DNA from: Camelus ferus
Taxonomy: Eukaryota
Assembly (NCBI RefSeq): GCF_009834535.1
Contig: NC_045696.1
Coordinates: forward strand, 76,448,001 to 76,512,000
DNA length: 64,000 bases
Direction of reading: 5' to 3'
Shown: positions 39,201-51,688 of the stretch, piece by piece
How positions within the stretch are numbered: the first letter of the stretch is position 1
Layout: each line of letters starts with the position of its first letter
Translations under genes and position numbers: made by a program
The notes under the pieces: generated by a model
Told to the model about the DNA's origin: nothing
Databases searched by the model: none
The model's input: the letters and a program-made list of their open reading frames with translations, nothing else

Positions 39201-40609
39201 CTATGAATTTAGGAGAAACAGTTATCTATTGTGGTCTTGAAGGGCTGTTTTATGTGGAAGTGTCCCTGTATAGTCTGTGTAAGTCCAGTATTTTTGGTGT
39301 GAGGATTGTTTTGGGGATGGATGCCTGCTGCGTCTTTCCTTAGTTTGTGTGGGTCATTATTCCCTTGATAAGGGGTGTGATTGATGTTGTGTTGATCAGT
39401 GCCTGCACTCGGGGCCTCCTCTTTGCTCTGTGGTTGTCATAGCACTATTGGGGGCATGTTATGCTCCCCAGTTGTTGGAGAAGCCCCCAGATCCAGTTCT
39501 AAGCTCTGGTGTGAGGTAAATGAGTCTAGACTGTTCCTACTGGGAAAGGAGCAGCAGCGTATTCCTCCCCAGCAGCTGTCCCCTGGGACCTGTGCTCTGT
39601 GATGTCACCTGCCACCTGGTGTGCAGGCTTACAAAGTACACTGTTGTTGGCACTGCCCTTGGCCCCACCTCTGCCTTGGGAGCACTGACAATAGGCTCAG
39701 GTTTTAGCCCCACCTCCATGTGTGGACAACCTTTAGGTGCTTGTGCACTCCCAGAGCTCATAGCAGTAGAGCCACACCCACTGTCAGCACCAGAGAATGA
39801 GGCTGCTATGGCGGGGCCCACCCCTCCCTTTGCGCACATGTTGACTATGGGGCTCCTGTGTTGGACCAGGGCTCCATCCTATGCACATCCCCAGGTGCAG
39901 CCTGGAACATTCTCCAGCCCCATTAGGCTGTCTCTACAAAGCCAAATCGAGTCCTGTCCCTGGGTCTATCCACTGAAGCCTGAGTCTCAGCACCCAGCTG
40001 CTGCACACACTAGCAGGAACACGTTTCATGCTAGGAAGTGCAGCGAGGTGGCAAGGACTGTCTGTGCTGGTCTCTCTCTGTGCTGCCTGCTGCAGGCCAG
40101 CTGTTGCACTCTCCTCTGAGCCCCTGAAGCTCCCTGTCTGTTCTGGCTGATCTCCAAGCCTGTGACGGGGGTTCCCAGCGTGAGAGAACTGTTTCCCTTT
40201 TCACAGCTCCCTCCCAAGGGCGCAGGTCTTGTCCCAATTCCTGTTTTTTTCCCTCTTGTCCTACCTAGTTACGTAGTGATCTTTCTTCTAGCTTTGGTTG
40301 TATGAGATCTTCTGCCAGTGTCCAGCAGGTATTCTGTGAGAAGTGTTCCACATGTGGATGTATTTTTGATGTATTTGTGAGAGGAGGTGAGCTCCGCATC
40401 CTTCTTTTCCGCCATCTTGATCTCCGCCCCCACACTCCAGCTTTCAAATCTCTCCAGCTGAGGCCTCCAACATCATGGAACAAAGACAGGCTGTCTTCGC
40501 TGTACCCTTTCTGAATTCCTGAGTCTCAGAATCTATGAGGTTAACCAAAAAAAAATTCATGGCACTGACTTTGAGGTAGCTTGTTAAAACAGTGTTAGTA
40601 ACTGAGACA
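33245..40609 (+). mobile_element. MLT1 (MaLR) LTR split in two (33245-33591 and 40430-40609) by a full-length L1
   Basis: Left half GGCAGAAGTGATG..GACTTTGAGGC..GTCATAAAAG; right half CCAGCTGAGGCCTCCAACATCATGGAACA..CTGAATTCCTGA..GTAACTGAGACA. The halves join at the L1 TSD. Confidence 0.75.
33592..40429 (-). mobile_element. Older full-length LINE-1, multiply disrupted
   Basis: 5' end GGGCGGAGATCAAGATGGCGG (YY1 motif). ORF1 start region MKKKRNHSQLKEQEK at 39179; ORF2 ATG at 37817 is followed by an early stop. ORF2 fragments in the track (34247-34594, 34650-35051, 37272-37655). TSD CCATACTCCAGCTT 33578-33591 versus CCACACTCCAGCTT 40430-40443 (1 mismatch). Confidence 0.95.
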
Positions 40610-40865
40610 GTACTTAGGCCAGTGCACATAAATTTAGATTGATCTGAGTTATTGATAAGAGTGCACTTACTACAGATTCTAGAGTCAATATACCAAGTCA
40701 GATAATTAGAGTTTAAAGTTTTGCTCAGCTCACTGAAAGTTGAATTCAGTGGCGGTGGTCTTCCATAAATGAAGATGTAAAAGAAGTTGTCTAATATTAT
40801 GAAGAGGAAGAAATACAAAGATTTGGGATAAATAAGAATGCTGGCAAATATTTTTAATTTGCAAA

Positions 40866-40866
<1 letters not shown>

Positions 40867-40903
<37 letters not shown>
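40867..40903. repeat. (CA)n microsatellite
   Basis: Perfect run of about 18 units. Confidence 0.97.
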
Positions 40904-40905
<2 letters not shown>

Positions 40906-41529
40906 TGGCCCTAAAAAGAGCCCAGAAGAAATCCTTTTACTACACTGTTGAAAAATACCTATAGCATCCTACATTGAAAAATGCTGTTCTCTGTGAGCAA
41001 GGGACACCACCATGAAAATGGGCTCTCTGATGAGCCGATATTTGATTGACAGAAGTCTAGCAGCAGTACTTAACCTCAAGAGAAAAGGTGGACATGGTTA
41101 TGATAAAAGGCAGTTGGAACAGCACAAGAATCATGATTCATAAGTGCTAACTGGTTATACTTATGAATACAAAATGGTATGGTAGAAAATATAGGGGCCA
41201 CCCATTAAGATCCTTTTTGGTATAAAACACAAAACAAAAATAAACAACAGAACAATAAAAGGAGGAGATGAACCCCACATCTAATTCTGAAACACAAAGG
41301 CATAAAATGAGCTGCCATGATAAAATCAAACCCAATACCCCATGCTCAGACCTGAGTCTGTTCACAGACCTGACTGTGAACCCATCAGTGAAGAAATGAG
41401 CCCAGAAAACTGCTAAGAAAGGACCCTAAGATGACACCACACGGCAGTGATATATAAATCTTTCTTCTGGCCTTCTCCAATGGGATTTGCAGCCATTTTG
41501 CAAGGATGACTGTGCACTACTAGAGAAAG

Positions 41530-43760
41530 GAAAACACTGGGGAATTACTTCATTGACTCAGAACTACAGTTAATCCATGGGAACCCAGACTTTTACTATA
41601 TCCCTCTGGTCAGAATGTGAGCTAATGGGGACCAGGTGATAAGTGAGTTTTGTGGACCAACTCAGTCTTAAAGTGGACCCAGTGTTTCCACAAAACCATC
41701 TTGCTGATATTTTACCTTCACTGGCTTCACTGCCTAAGAGCAATAGGAACTCATTGACTGTGCCCTGATTTAGTCCACAAAACATCATAGTGGTCTACAA
41801 ACTGATGACTTAAGCTAATGCAACCCAGTGCACAGGAAGAGTATGTACCCTAGGCTTGTTCATAAAAGATACACATATCAAAAGATAAAAGATATGAAAA
41901 ATACAGGGACCTGTCAATTGAGTGAAATTTCTGGAGATCAGGGATCTCAGACTTCTCAAAGTGTCTCCTCCAACATGAAAGAAAAGTGTTACACTCTGCA
42001 TCCCCTGTCATAATAAAGGGGAATGATGCTTGTTCAATTTTTGTATCTTGTAGAAAGTATATATGACATTTGGTTATGCTTCTCCAAATAATTAAAAGGT
42101 CATCTGAAAGTCTTCCAGCTTTCAGTGTGGCACAAAGCAATAGAAAACTCTCTAGAAGGTCTAGACTACAGTGTATATCCTCAAAATTCAGAGTAGGGTG
42201 TCTTTTTCAGTAAGTAACTGTAGCATTCTCCTTTCAAAAAAGTCTCGGCTTGCTGTTGGATCGTGGTAGAGACTGAATGTTTGGGAGCAGTACATCATGT
42301 GCCTATGGAAATTAAGTATCCCATCATGAAGTATGTGAATATCTCATCTACTGAGCTATAAAGTCAGATATTTCTTGCAGCATTCCATCATCCCCGGGAA
42401 ATCATTTATATTTGAACAGGTTCGTGGAGATCCTAAAAACACAAGTCCCAGAAGAAGATGACTCATACTCTGAGTGCATCTACTCCTGCCATGCTGCCGG
42501 TATTCTCTCAAACCACACCTCTAGTCGCATTAAGAGGTCTCTATGACCAGGTAACTGAGAAAAAAATATTCCAGTTACTGTCAGCTCCATTGGAAATGAC
42601 AATACTAAGTAGCACCCTATAGGCACCAGTATGTTATAGAAGTATTCTTTGAGTCGACGTTGCACAGCAGTATTCCTTTGTCCTGTTTAATGCAGCTCAA
42701 TCAACCCACATACAGAAGTGGACAGCTACATCATGTCAGTTCCACTCAGGAGTGACCTGATGGTCAGTGTAGAAAAATAAATATCCCCAATGGGCAGAAC
42801 TTCAAACAATGTATCTCATGATCTGTTTAGCTGGAAAGGGAGATTAAGCTACAGGTCTACATTAATTTACAGGCAATAGCTAATAATTTCATTGGATAGT
42901 CAGGAACTTAGGAGGGATAAGATTGAAGGATTGGTGATAAAGAAGATTAAAGCAAGGACCAATCTAGACTTTTAAACTATTCTGGAGTTTGAAAGCATTT
43001 GTGTCACACATGAATACACAAAAAAGACTGACTCTATATAGAGGTTTTCAGTAGATGACTGGACAAGATGACCTGTTGTATGGATTTGTTAGCCTCTTTC
43101 CACAGTCAGTCAGTAATTATTAAATGAAAAAAGTGGTCATGCTTTCAGACAGAGTTTATGCCTGGGCTTAACAACTTAGACATCCTCTCCCCCAGATGTC
43201 TGGATATTACTTCCGCTGAGTGCCCAGTTTGAAAGCAAAAGTGAACAAACGTGAGTCCTGCCATATGGTGCCATCCTCCAAAAAGAATACCCAGCCACCT
43301 GATGGCAGGTTAATTACACAGGGCTTCTTCTAACATGGTGAGTGTTGGAATCTGTCTTCTCTGAAATTGATACATGCTAGACATGGATTTGTCTATGTGG
43401 TCTACCAAGCTTCTGCCAGCAACACCATCTGTGGACTCACCAAATGTCTCACGTGCTGTCACTGTAAGTCACATAACATTGGTTCTGACCAGAGATCTTA
43501 TTTTATAGCGAAAGACTAGGACATTATTAGATTGATGTATTTAGAAAGCATTCAGATTTCCAGAAGCAGTTGGCTTTATAAAGCAGTGAAATGACTTATT
43601 GAGGATTTTGTTTTGATGCCAAATGGGAGATATCTTACAAAATAGGGATGCCATCTTGTAGAATACAGCATCTGCTATTAAATAGCAACCAACACATAGT
43701 GTTTTTTCAGCCATGGCCAGAACATATGAGTTTAGGAACCAAGAAATGAAATTGGGGTGG
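41530..43760 (+). pseudogene. ERV-L pol remnant (protease, RT, RNase H, integrase)
   Basis: Manual translation gives PAT*WQVNYTGLLLTW (43291), ASASNTICGLTKCLTCCHCKSHNIGSDQRSYFIAK (43409) and PEAVGFIKQ*NDLL (43560). These match recalled ERV-L integrase motifs PATWWQVDYIGPLP, SIASDQGTHFTAKE and PEAAGLIERWNGLL. KIQGP..VKFL and QWAEL remnants lie upstream. Many stops and indels. Confidence 0.85.
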
Positions 43761-45029
43761 CACTGCTCACTATTCCCTTAATGGCTTACTAACATAAATT
43801 TCACTTCACATCCTTGCCACTGTCAACAGCTTTGGCTTAAGGATCTTAGTACTCAAGGGAGGAGTACTTCCAAGAGCACACCAGTGTCTCAAACCACTTG
43901 ACAAAGCAGACAAGGGGATTACCATGCAGACTGTGGGGTTGAACATGATTTAAAAGGAATAATCAGTGTTATGCAATGCAAATCTAGGAGAATATTTCTT
44001 TAACACAAGAATTCCTATAGGGTGTTCCTTAATATTTCCATGTCTATTAGTAAATGCTAATGGAAAACTAGAGCACCCCATATAGGCAGAACCACCAAGG
44101 GCTCAACTCCCAAGGAATGGACGTTGGGTTACTCCACAGTCAGTAAGGAATCCAGTTAACTGGGTCACTGCTGACCTGAACATAAAAGTAATATGGAATG
44201 GCTAGTTGTTGTTGAAGAAAATTACACACATCAACTAAAGGCCATTTGTAGAAAATGTAACTGATTTTCTGTTTACCCTTGCTTTATTTAGTATGTTTTG
44301 ATAGTATTTACTTTATAATTTAGTCCACATATTAAAAATACCACGACAGAATTGAGGAACCATAATCATCACTACATATATTAGAACTAGAAAAGGTTGT
44401 ACTAAATTAAAAGATTGTGCTAAATAAAAAAAGATTATACCAAATAAAGAGTCTTCTCATCTGGGGAGAGAATGAGTTTGTTTACTTGTATGAAAGATTG
44501 TCACTTTACTAGGTGGGAACATAATTTTTGTTGCTATTGTTGTTTTAAGTTTGGAAAATGGATGTATATCCAGATAAAGGGTAACATCTGTCCTTCACGA
44601 TTGCTCAAAATATTTTAAATACTCTTCTTGCTTTTAATTGTTTCCTGTTTTGTAAATCTTGTTTTCCCCAGCTAGAATCTCCAGAACTACATCTTTACAG
44701 ACTCCTACGAATAGTGCAAGCAGTTTTCTGATTTCTGCCTCGTGGGAAAATAGGATCTGTGTGAGGAATTCATTTTTTTATGGTGTAAATGGCACCAGAG
44801 GTAGAGGGAATGGTGGAGGCTTCCTCTCTGGTCCATGGCATATGGTTTTGGAGTCAGTGCCAGTGCCAGTGGCAGTGGCAGCTTCTTTGTCTGGACAGAT
44901 CAGTGGAGTGGTTCTAGATGCTGTGGTGGTGACAAGAGGCAGCTCCCACATTGGCCCAGTTCTGTGGTGTGCCTCAAGCTATTGTTCCTGAAAGCTTAAT
45001 CTGTTTCCCCACCTCTCCCAATGGTTCTG

Positions 45030-45153
45030 TGTGGGAGATCATATAGTTTGCCATTTGAACTCAGACACATTTGGGAATGAAAGGGGATGCTATTCATAAT
45101 GTCAAGGATAAACTAGAACTGTACTGAACAGATGGGACACATAGTAACTCTAA
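45030..45153. mobile_element. Short hAT-type MITE (MER81-like) inside the ERV-L 3' LTR
   Basis: About 120 bp with decayed termini GGGAGATCATATAG...GGGACACATAGTAACTCTA. Confidence 0.5.
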
Positions 45154-45483
45154 TACTATGAATTAGTATATTTTGTTACTTAAATTAGAAAAGACCTACT
45201 TAGTTTTTACTAAGAACCCTAACAAAAATATCATTAGATTTTTTTAGGATTATAAAATTTTTTAACAATATAAGTAGACCCTATGTACTATATTATACCT
45301 ATAACACAGAGGAGAATATTCTACAATTCTATTATAAAGCAAATTCAGATTAATTCAGATTCATAGACTTTATTATATCAATATTAGTTGACTTAATGTA
45401 GCCATATGTTTGCTGCCTAAAGAACCATGACTTACACGGATGTTATATGTCATTAATGAAGCCTTGGGAATGGAAACAAAGTA

Positions 45484-45811
45484 CAGTCGTCCCTTTGTGT
45501 CAGCGAGGGATTGGTTCCAGGACCCCCCACAAATAACAAATCCACCGATGCTCACTTTCCCTATATAATATGGTGTAGTGTTTGTACATTACCTACAACA
45601 CATCCTCCCATATACTTTAAGTCATGGCTAGATTTCTTATAATAATACTTAATACAGCTAAGTACTATGTATATAGTTACCAATAGGTGGCTAATTCAGG
45701 TTTTGCTTGTTGGAACTTTTCAGAATTTTTTTCCAAATACTTTCAATCTGAAGTTGGTTGACTCCCCAGATGCAGAATTTAGGAACACAAAGAAATATGA
45801 AGGGCCAACTG
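45484..45811 (+). mobile_element. MER2-like Tigger (Tc1/mariner) non-autonomous DNA transposon
   Basis: TA|CAGTCGTCCCT...AGGGCCAACTG|TA: terminal inverted repeats with TA duplication. Internal GGATTGGTTCCAGGACCCCC. Confidence 0.88.
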
Positions 45812-46139
45812 TATCTTGTCATGATGTTTTTATAAACAGTAATTCACTGACACATAGGTGAGTCAGAGTCGTTCAATGCAGTATTACTAGGACAGAATAT
45901 ACACTTTAAGAAATCTTTAACTTAGTGTCCATGTTAAGTGTCCATTTAGTTTCTATATAAGTTGTTATTTTATGCTATAGATATATGGCTACGTGCATAT
46001 TATTCCATGCTATAAATGTTTGTACTCTAGCACTACTAATGCCAGAAGCCCAAGAAGAAACAAATTATCAAACTCATTCATCAATCCAGCGTCTTCATTC
46101 AAATAGTTGGATCATTAAGTGAACAGTTGCTGGCACTTT

Positions 46140-46570
46140 ACTTCATTCAGCAATTCATACAGGCTCTGGGCTGGTGGCTGAGAATACAGTGATAAGCAAA
46201 ACAGACATGATCTGGGGATAGGAGTCTAGTAGTCTCAAAAAGGAAATACAGTCATCAAACGATGACACAAATAAATATCTGGTTACAAACTGTAGTGAGT
46301 GCTGTGAAGGAAATGCATATGATGTTCTGGGACATAGGTTACGTGGAGCGTCAGGGAAGATCATTTTGAGGAGGTGCTATTTGAATGGACACCTGAAAAT
46401 GACAAAACAATGACTAAGTGTGGGAGTTAGTATGGGAGAGGAGGCTGCTCCAGACATAAAGTGAAGATGTAAAAGGCTATGAAGCTAAACCGGGCATGAG
46501 TTTCATTTCAAAGTGCTGGAAGGAGCCCTGTGCAGCTGGAGCTGAGAGCAAGGAGAGTGAGACCACAGTG
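46140..46570 (-). mobile_element. L2 LINE 3' fragment
   Basis: TTCATTCAGCAA..GAGAATACAGTGATAAGCAAAACAGACATG..TCAGGGAAG. Confidence 0.65.
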
Positions 46571-48808
46571 GACCCTAGGGGCAGCTGCCACCACCCCAAG
46601 GACCAGCGGACACGTGCAGGAAGGAGGCCTTGCCTGAGTTCTCTCCCCAGCTCTGGGGAACTGGGCAGGTCGGTAACAACTTGAAACAGAATACTAAGAA
46701 CAGAAATTAGGTTCTGAGAGGACAGCTAGTGCAGGAAATCTACCTGAAATTGTAAACACCAGGGAGATGTGGAGAAGGAAACCCAAGTCCTATGGGAAAG
46801 CTAAAAATTAGGAGTCTGGACACCAAATCATCAATCATCAACAAAGAGGACATTCAAAGAAAGATGTCAGACTGAACACATATGTATACCTATCCTTTCT
46901 CTCCCCTGATTCCTTAGCCTACAAAAAAATTTTTCAATTTTTATTTACAAAAAATAATTGTGCTGAAAACCAAAAAATTGTACCATCACCCGACCAGAAA
47001 TTTGAGGGAGAAACAAAGTGTATGGGAAATTAAAGGGAAATAAGAGCCAATACAACAAAAACAAATAAATAAAAAACCCACCCAGCCTAAAACACAAATG
47101 GGACAAAAGTACTTGAGTGAATTTGTATTTTAAAAGCCAGATTGTTTATAATCAAAATGACCATTGAAAGGGGCTTAATTTTTATTGCACTCTTTTGTAT
47201 ATTTACAGCATGGTGCGTTTTGCGTGTATTAGTTGAATTGGTTCAGGAGGCCAGGGTCTGCTGGGGGTAGGACACCTGGAGAAACAACCCTGGGCAATTG
47301 ATCTGCAACTCATCTATTCTTACAGTAAGCACTCAGGAATGTGCCAGGGTGCTCATCAGTTAGTTTGCATCTGGTGAACGTTAGAAACATAACCGAAGTC
47401 TCCAGAACAGGTAAGAGTGACCAAGAGGGAGTAAAAACCTCCACAATGGCAAAAAGACCTCATGAGACTCTTCAGAGCTCTCTGTCTGCCAACAGACGAT
47501 CCCACCAGGCAAGACAGATACCCCTGTGGGAGATGACTGCCAGGTAGGTCTCCCCTCCAACAGGGAGACCAGCAGTCGTGCCTTCTGCCCTGCAGAGCTG
47601 TCTGGACGCAGCAACTTATGCATTTTCTATTTCCATTTAAAGATATTGTGTTGTATACCTGAAACGTTGCTGTCTTCCAGTCAACACAATCACCTTTATA
47701 AAAATTGTACAGTTACCTATTTCTTTAGAAAATGAATAAATAAAATTATCCTTGAAAAGTCTTTGAGTAAAGGCCACGTTGCAGACAATCAAAACACCTC
47801 TTAAGCATCCAGCACATGTGATTTTCCTCAACATTGGAATGAAATAATATTTCTTTGGTTAAGCATCTGAAAAAATGCTTGGCTTACATTTAGAAGCCAT
47901 GCTGTAAGGTACAAAGCTATATCTTTAATCAGTTCTTGTCATGCTAAATGTGGTGAATGCCTTTACTACAAGAGGCACATGGATGCTAAATATGATGGAA
48001 AGAACAGTTGATTTGCATCTTCCATCTGAGATTTGCTCCTTCTGGGACAAAAATGAGTGAACAGAATGACAGACAAAATCATCTACCATATTTAATTTTT
48101 TGTTTTTCCTTGTGTTTCCCCTATAATGTAATTGAATTCTGGAAAATTAATTATGAATATAATATAACTCTACTGTAAAAATAAGAGCCATTTCAGATAT
48201 GCTCTAAGCTCAGAGGCAACAAAAATGAAAAGTGGAGTAGCTTTGGCATAATTGTCAGAGCAATTCATTAAATTATGGTCTTTGGATAAACTACGTAAGT
48301 CAGAGCTTTTCCTCTTCCCCTGAAAGTAGTAAAGGGTAGCTACTGCCGTTTCCCCTCAAAAGCAAATAATCTGCCTGGAGTAGGAGTGTGATGAGTGTTG
48401 AAACTAGAGAAAGAAGAAGAGCAATGGAGTAACTATGCACCTCCATATAGTATAGGAGGGAAAGAAAAAGAAGAAAGAAAACAGAGAACTCAAGCATTTG
48501 TCTCCAGGACAAAATTTTAAGAGATTGTTCTCTAAGGTGGATTTTCTGACACTAAAAGATCTAACTGGCACTAGAAAAGCTGTGAAGAATGCCAGATAAT
48601 TTAAGATCCCAAAGAATGATAGGGAAACCTGCTCCTATATCTGAAATCAAGCTATTCACAGACTCTATCTAGTTACATGTCCTACCCAACCCCCAGAGAG
48701 CGTTGAGAATCACTAAACATTTGGGAAAACAATTACCAAAAATCAACCTAGGGAAAATTACTGTTCAAACAAATAAGCAATCTTGTAAGTGAAAATATAT
48801 CTCTAGCA

Positions 48809-49352
48809 ATGTTCCAGATATCTATTGCTGCATAACAAACGACCTACCTGGTAGCTAAACAGAACTATTTTGCCATATTACACCTTTTTGTGGGTCAGAG
48901 AATTGGGTGAGTCTCAGGTGATTTTTCTATTCCTTGTGTCATTGACTGGGGTCACTTGATTATACACAGCTGACATAAGCTTGTCTAGAGTTTGCAAGAC
49001 AGATTTATTCACATGCTCCCTGCCTTGGTAGGGAAGGCTGGAAGAATGCACTTAGTTGGAACTGTCAACCAGAACATCTACAAGTTGCCTCTAAGCATGA
49101 CAGTCTCAGGGTAGTCAAACTTCTTACCTAGTGGCTATCATCCCCAGAGCAAAGATTCTGAGAAATCCCAGTGGAAACTGCAAGCAGTCTTAGGACCTAG
49201 TCTTGGAAATTGAAGACTATCACTTCTGCCCACATGCAAAACTAAGGTCAAGCAAAACTAAGGCAAAGCCAAACTCAAAGGTAGAGAATTAGATTCTATC
49301 TGTCAATGGGAAGAGTAACAAAAAGTTTGTGATCATGTTGAATTTATCACAG
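48809..49352 (-). mobile_element. MLT1 (MaLR) solo LTR
   Basis: TGTTCCAGATATCTATTGCTGCATAACAAAC start, CTCAGGGTAGTCAAACTTCTTAC, TCACTTCTGCC. Confidence 0.75.
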
Positions 49353-50245
49353 ATGGATAGTTTCCACTTATGACCATGACAGAATAACTAGTACCAGAAA
49401 AACCTTCTTGCAATAAACAACTAAAAAATTGGGGAAGTGTATGAAACAGCTATTTTCAGACATTAGACAAAAAGCATGAAAGATTATGACCTCTGAGAAA
49501 AGAGAAATAAATGAGGTGACCCCCAACAGTCACCTAGCTTTCTGCCTAGAAGCACTTCCCAGAAATCAGGAGGAAAACTTAAAATTTTAAATTTCAAGGA
49601 GGGAAAACTTAAGCAAAGCACAGTGATGTTGATGAGCTGAGTAGACAGAGATTGAATTTTGGGATGGGCAAGGTAATTGAAAATCTGTCCCAGTCATACA
49701 TATACATACATATATGCGTTTTCATATTCTCAGACTATTTTTTAAAATGTAATCACAATGTCCAAATTCAACTAAAAATTTTCTGAACATACAAGAAGCA
49801 AGAAAATTTAACCCATAAAAATAAGAAGGGAATACAGTTACTAGAAATAAACCCAGAAATGAAAAGATGATGGACTGAGAAGCTAAAATAGCTATTATAA
49901 ATATTTTCAAGAACTTAAAGGAAAATATGAACATAAGGAAGAGAGAAATGGAAACTATGAAAAGGAACTAAACTGAACTTCTAGAGCAAAAATATACACT
50001 ATGCCACTGAATGAGCTTTTCAGAATAGAAACTGCAGAAGAAACTATACCTAAAAACTACAAAACACTCTTGAAACAAATTAAAGAAGATTTAAATAAAT
50101 GGAGAGATAAAATGTGTTCATGGATTGGAAAACTCAGTATTGTTAAGAGGTAAATTCTTTTCAAATTGATTTATAGATTCAGTGAAGTTTCAATCAAAAT
50201 ACCAGTAGCCTTTTTTTCTTAGTAATTGGCAAACTGATCCAATCA

Positions 50246-50993
50246 ATGCCATGGACACCAGTTGGGTGTCCTATAATTCAACTTAATTCTAACACTATCT
50301 GTCCATAGGTAGCATCAGATTCCTCAGGTTAAGGTTTCAGTCCTACAAGACTACCCCCCATCCTTCTGATGCCAGTTGCTAAGCCAGGTTATCACCTGTA
50401 CTTCTTATCAACTGGCTATAAGTCAGAAGTTTCCAGAACCCCCTCCTCAAGTTCAATTTTGCTAGAGTGACTCACAAAACTCAGAGAAACATTTTACTTA
50501 CTAGATCACCAGTTTATTATAAAAGGATATAACTCAGGAACAGCCAAATGGAAGAGATGTACAGGGGAGAGAATGGGGATAGGGCGAGGAGCTTTCATGC
50601 TCTCTCAAGAGCATGCCACTCTCCCTAAATCTCCATGTGCTCACTAACCTGACAGCTCTCCTAACCCTATCCTTTTGGTGTTTTATGGAGGCTTCATTAC
50701 TTAGGTATGATTAATTAAATCATCGGCCATATGTGATTGATTCAACCTCCAGCCCCTCTCCCCTCCTAGGGGTCAGGGATAGGACTGAAAGTTTTTACCC
50801 TCTATTCACAGAGTTTTTCCTCCTGGCAACCAGCCAACATCCTTAGGTGGAGTCCAACAGTCACCTCAGTAACATAACAAAAAGCCCCCTTTGCTGTCAT
50901 CACTTAGGTGATTCCAAGGGTTTTAGGAGCTCTGTGCCAAGAACAGGACTGAAGACCAAATATATATTTCTTATTATAAATCACAATATCACA
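50246..50993 (-). mobile_element. MER21-like LTR inserted in the old L1
   Basis: GGACACCAGTTGGGTGTCCTATAATTCAA...AAACTCAGAGAAACATTTTACTTAC...ATTATAAATCACAATATCACA. Confidence 0.75.
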
Positions 50994-51688
50994 GGTACAA
51001 AAATAGTTCAGTATAGAAATGATAGTCTTTTCAAAATAAATGATGTGGAAATAAATATAAGTCTATATGCAGACAAACAAGCAAACAAATTTTAATTCAC
51101 ACCTCACACCATATACAAAAGTTAACTCAAAATGGATTATAGACCTAAATGTAAATCTTAAAACCACAAAACTACAAGAAACTGTAGGATAAAATATTTC
51201 TGACCTTAGCTTAGCAAATAATTATGTATATGTAACACCAAAATTATAAAACATAAAATTACAAATTCATGAATTGGATTCCATAAAAATTAAGAGCTTC
51301 TTCTCTTTGAAAGATACTGTTAAGGGAATGAAAGGTAAGCTACAAGTGGGGAGAAGTAATTGCAAGTCAGATGTCTAAAAAATCCTTGAATTTAAAGTCT
51401 AGAACTCTTGAACTCAATAAAAAGAAAATAAACACTTCAATTAAAAATTAGGCAAAAAAATTTTTGAACAGACTCTTCACTCAAGAAAATAGATGGATGA
51501 GAAGCAAGTGAAAAGATGCTAAGCACCATTAGTCATTAGGGAAATGTAGATTAAAACCACAATGATATACCACTACACACCTATTAAAATAGTTAAAATT
51601 AAAAGAACTGACACTACCTGGTGTTGGTGAGGATTTGGACAAACTAGAACTCATAGACACTGATGGTGGAAATGTAACATGATATAAT

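Larger units (their letters stand above)
31650..45230 (+). mobile_element. Fossil ERV-L provirus (LTR33-like LTRs, gag and pol remnants) carrying nested insertions
   Basis: 5' LTR-like segment ends AAGAACCTTGACCTATACA (31933). gag remnant FADLHQQKPGEYTWEWVLSIL at 33162-33224 continues as INLD*SE..IDKSAL at about 40628. pol remnants at 41530-43760. 3' LTR-like segment about 44585-45230 ends AAGAACCCTAAC. Confidence 0.75.
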
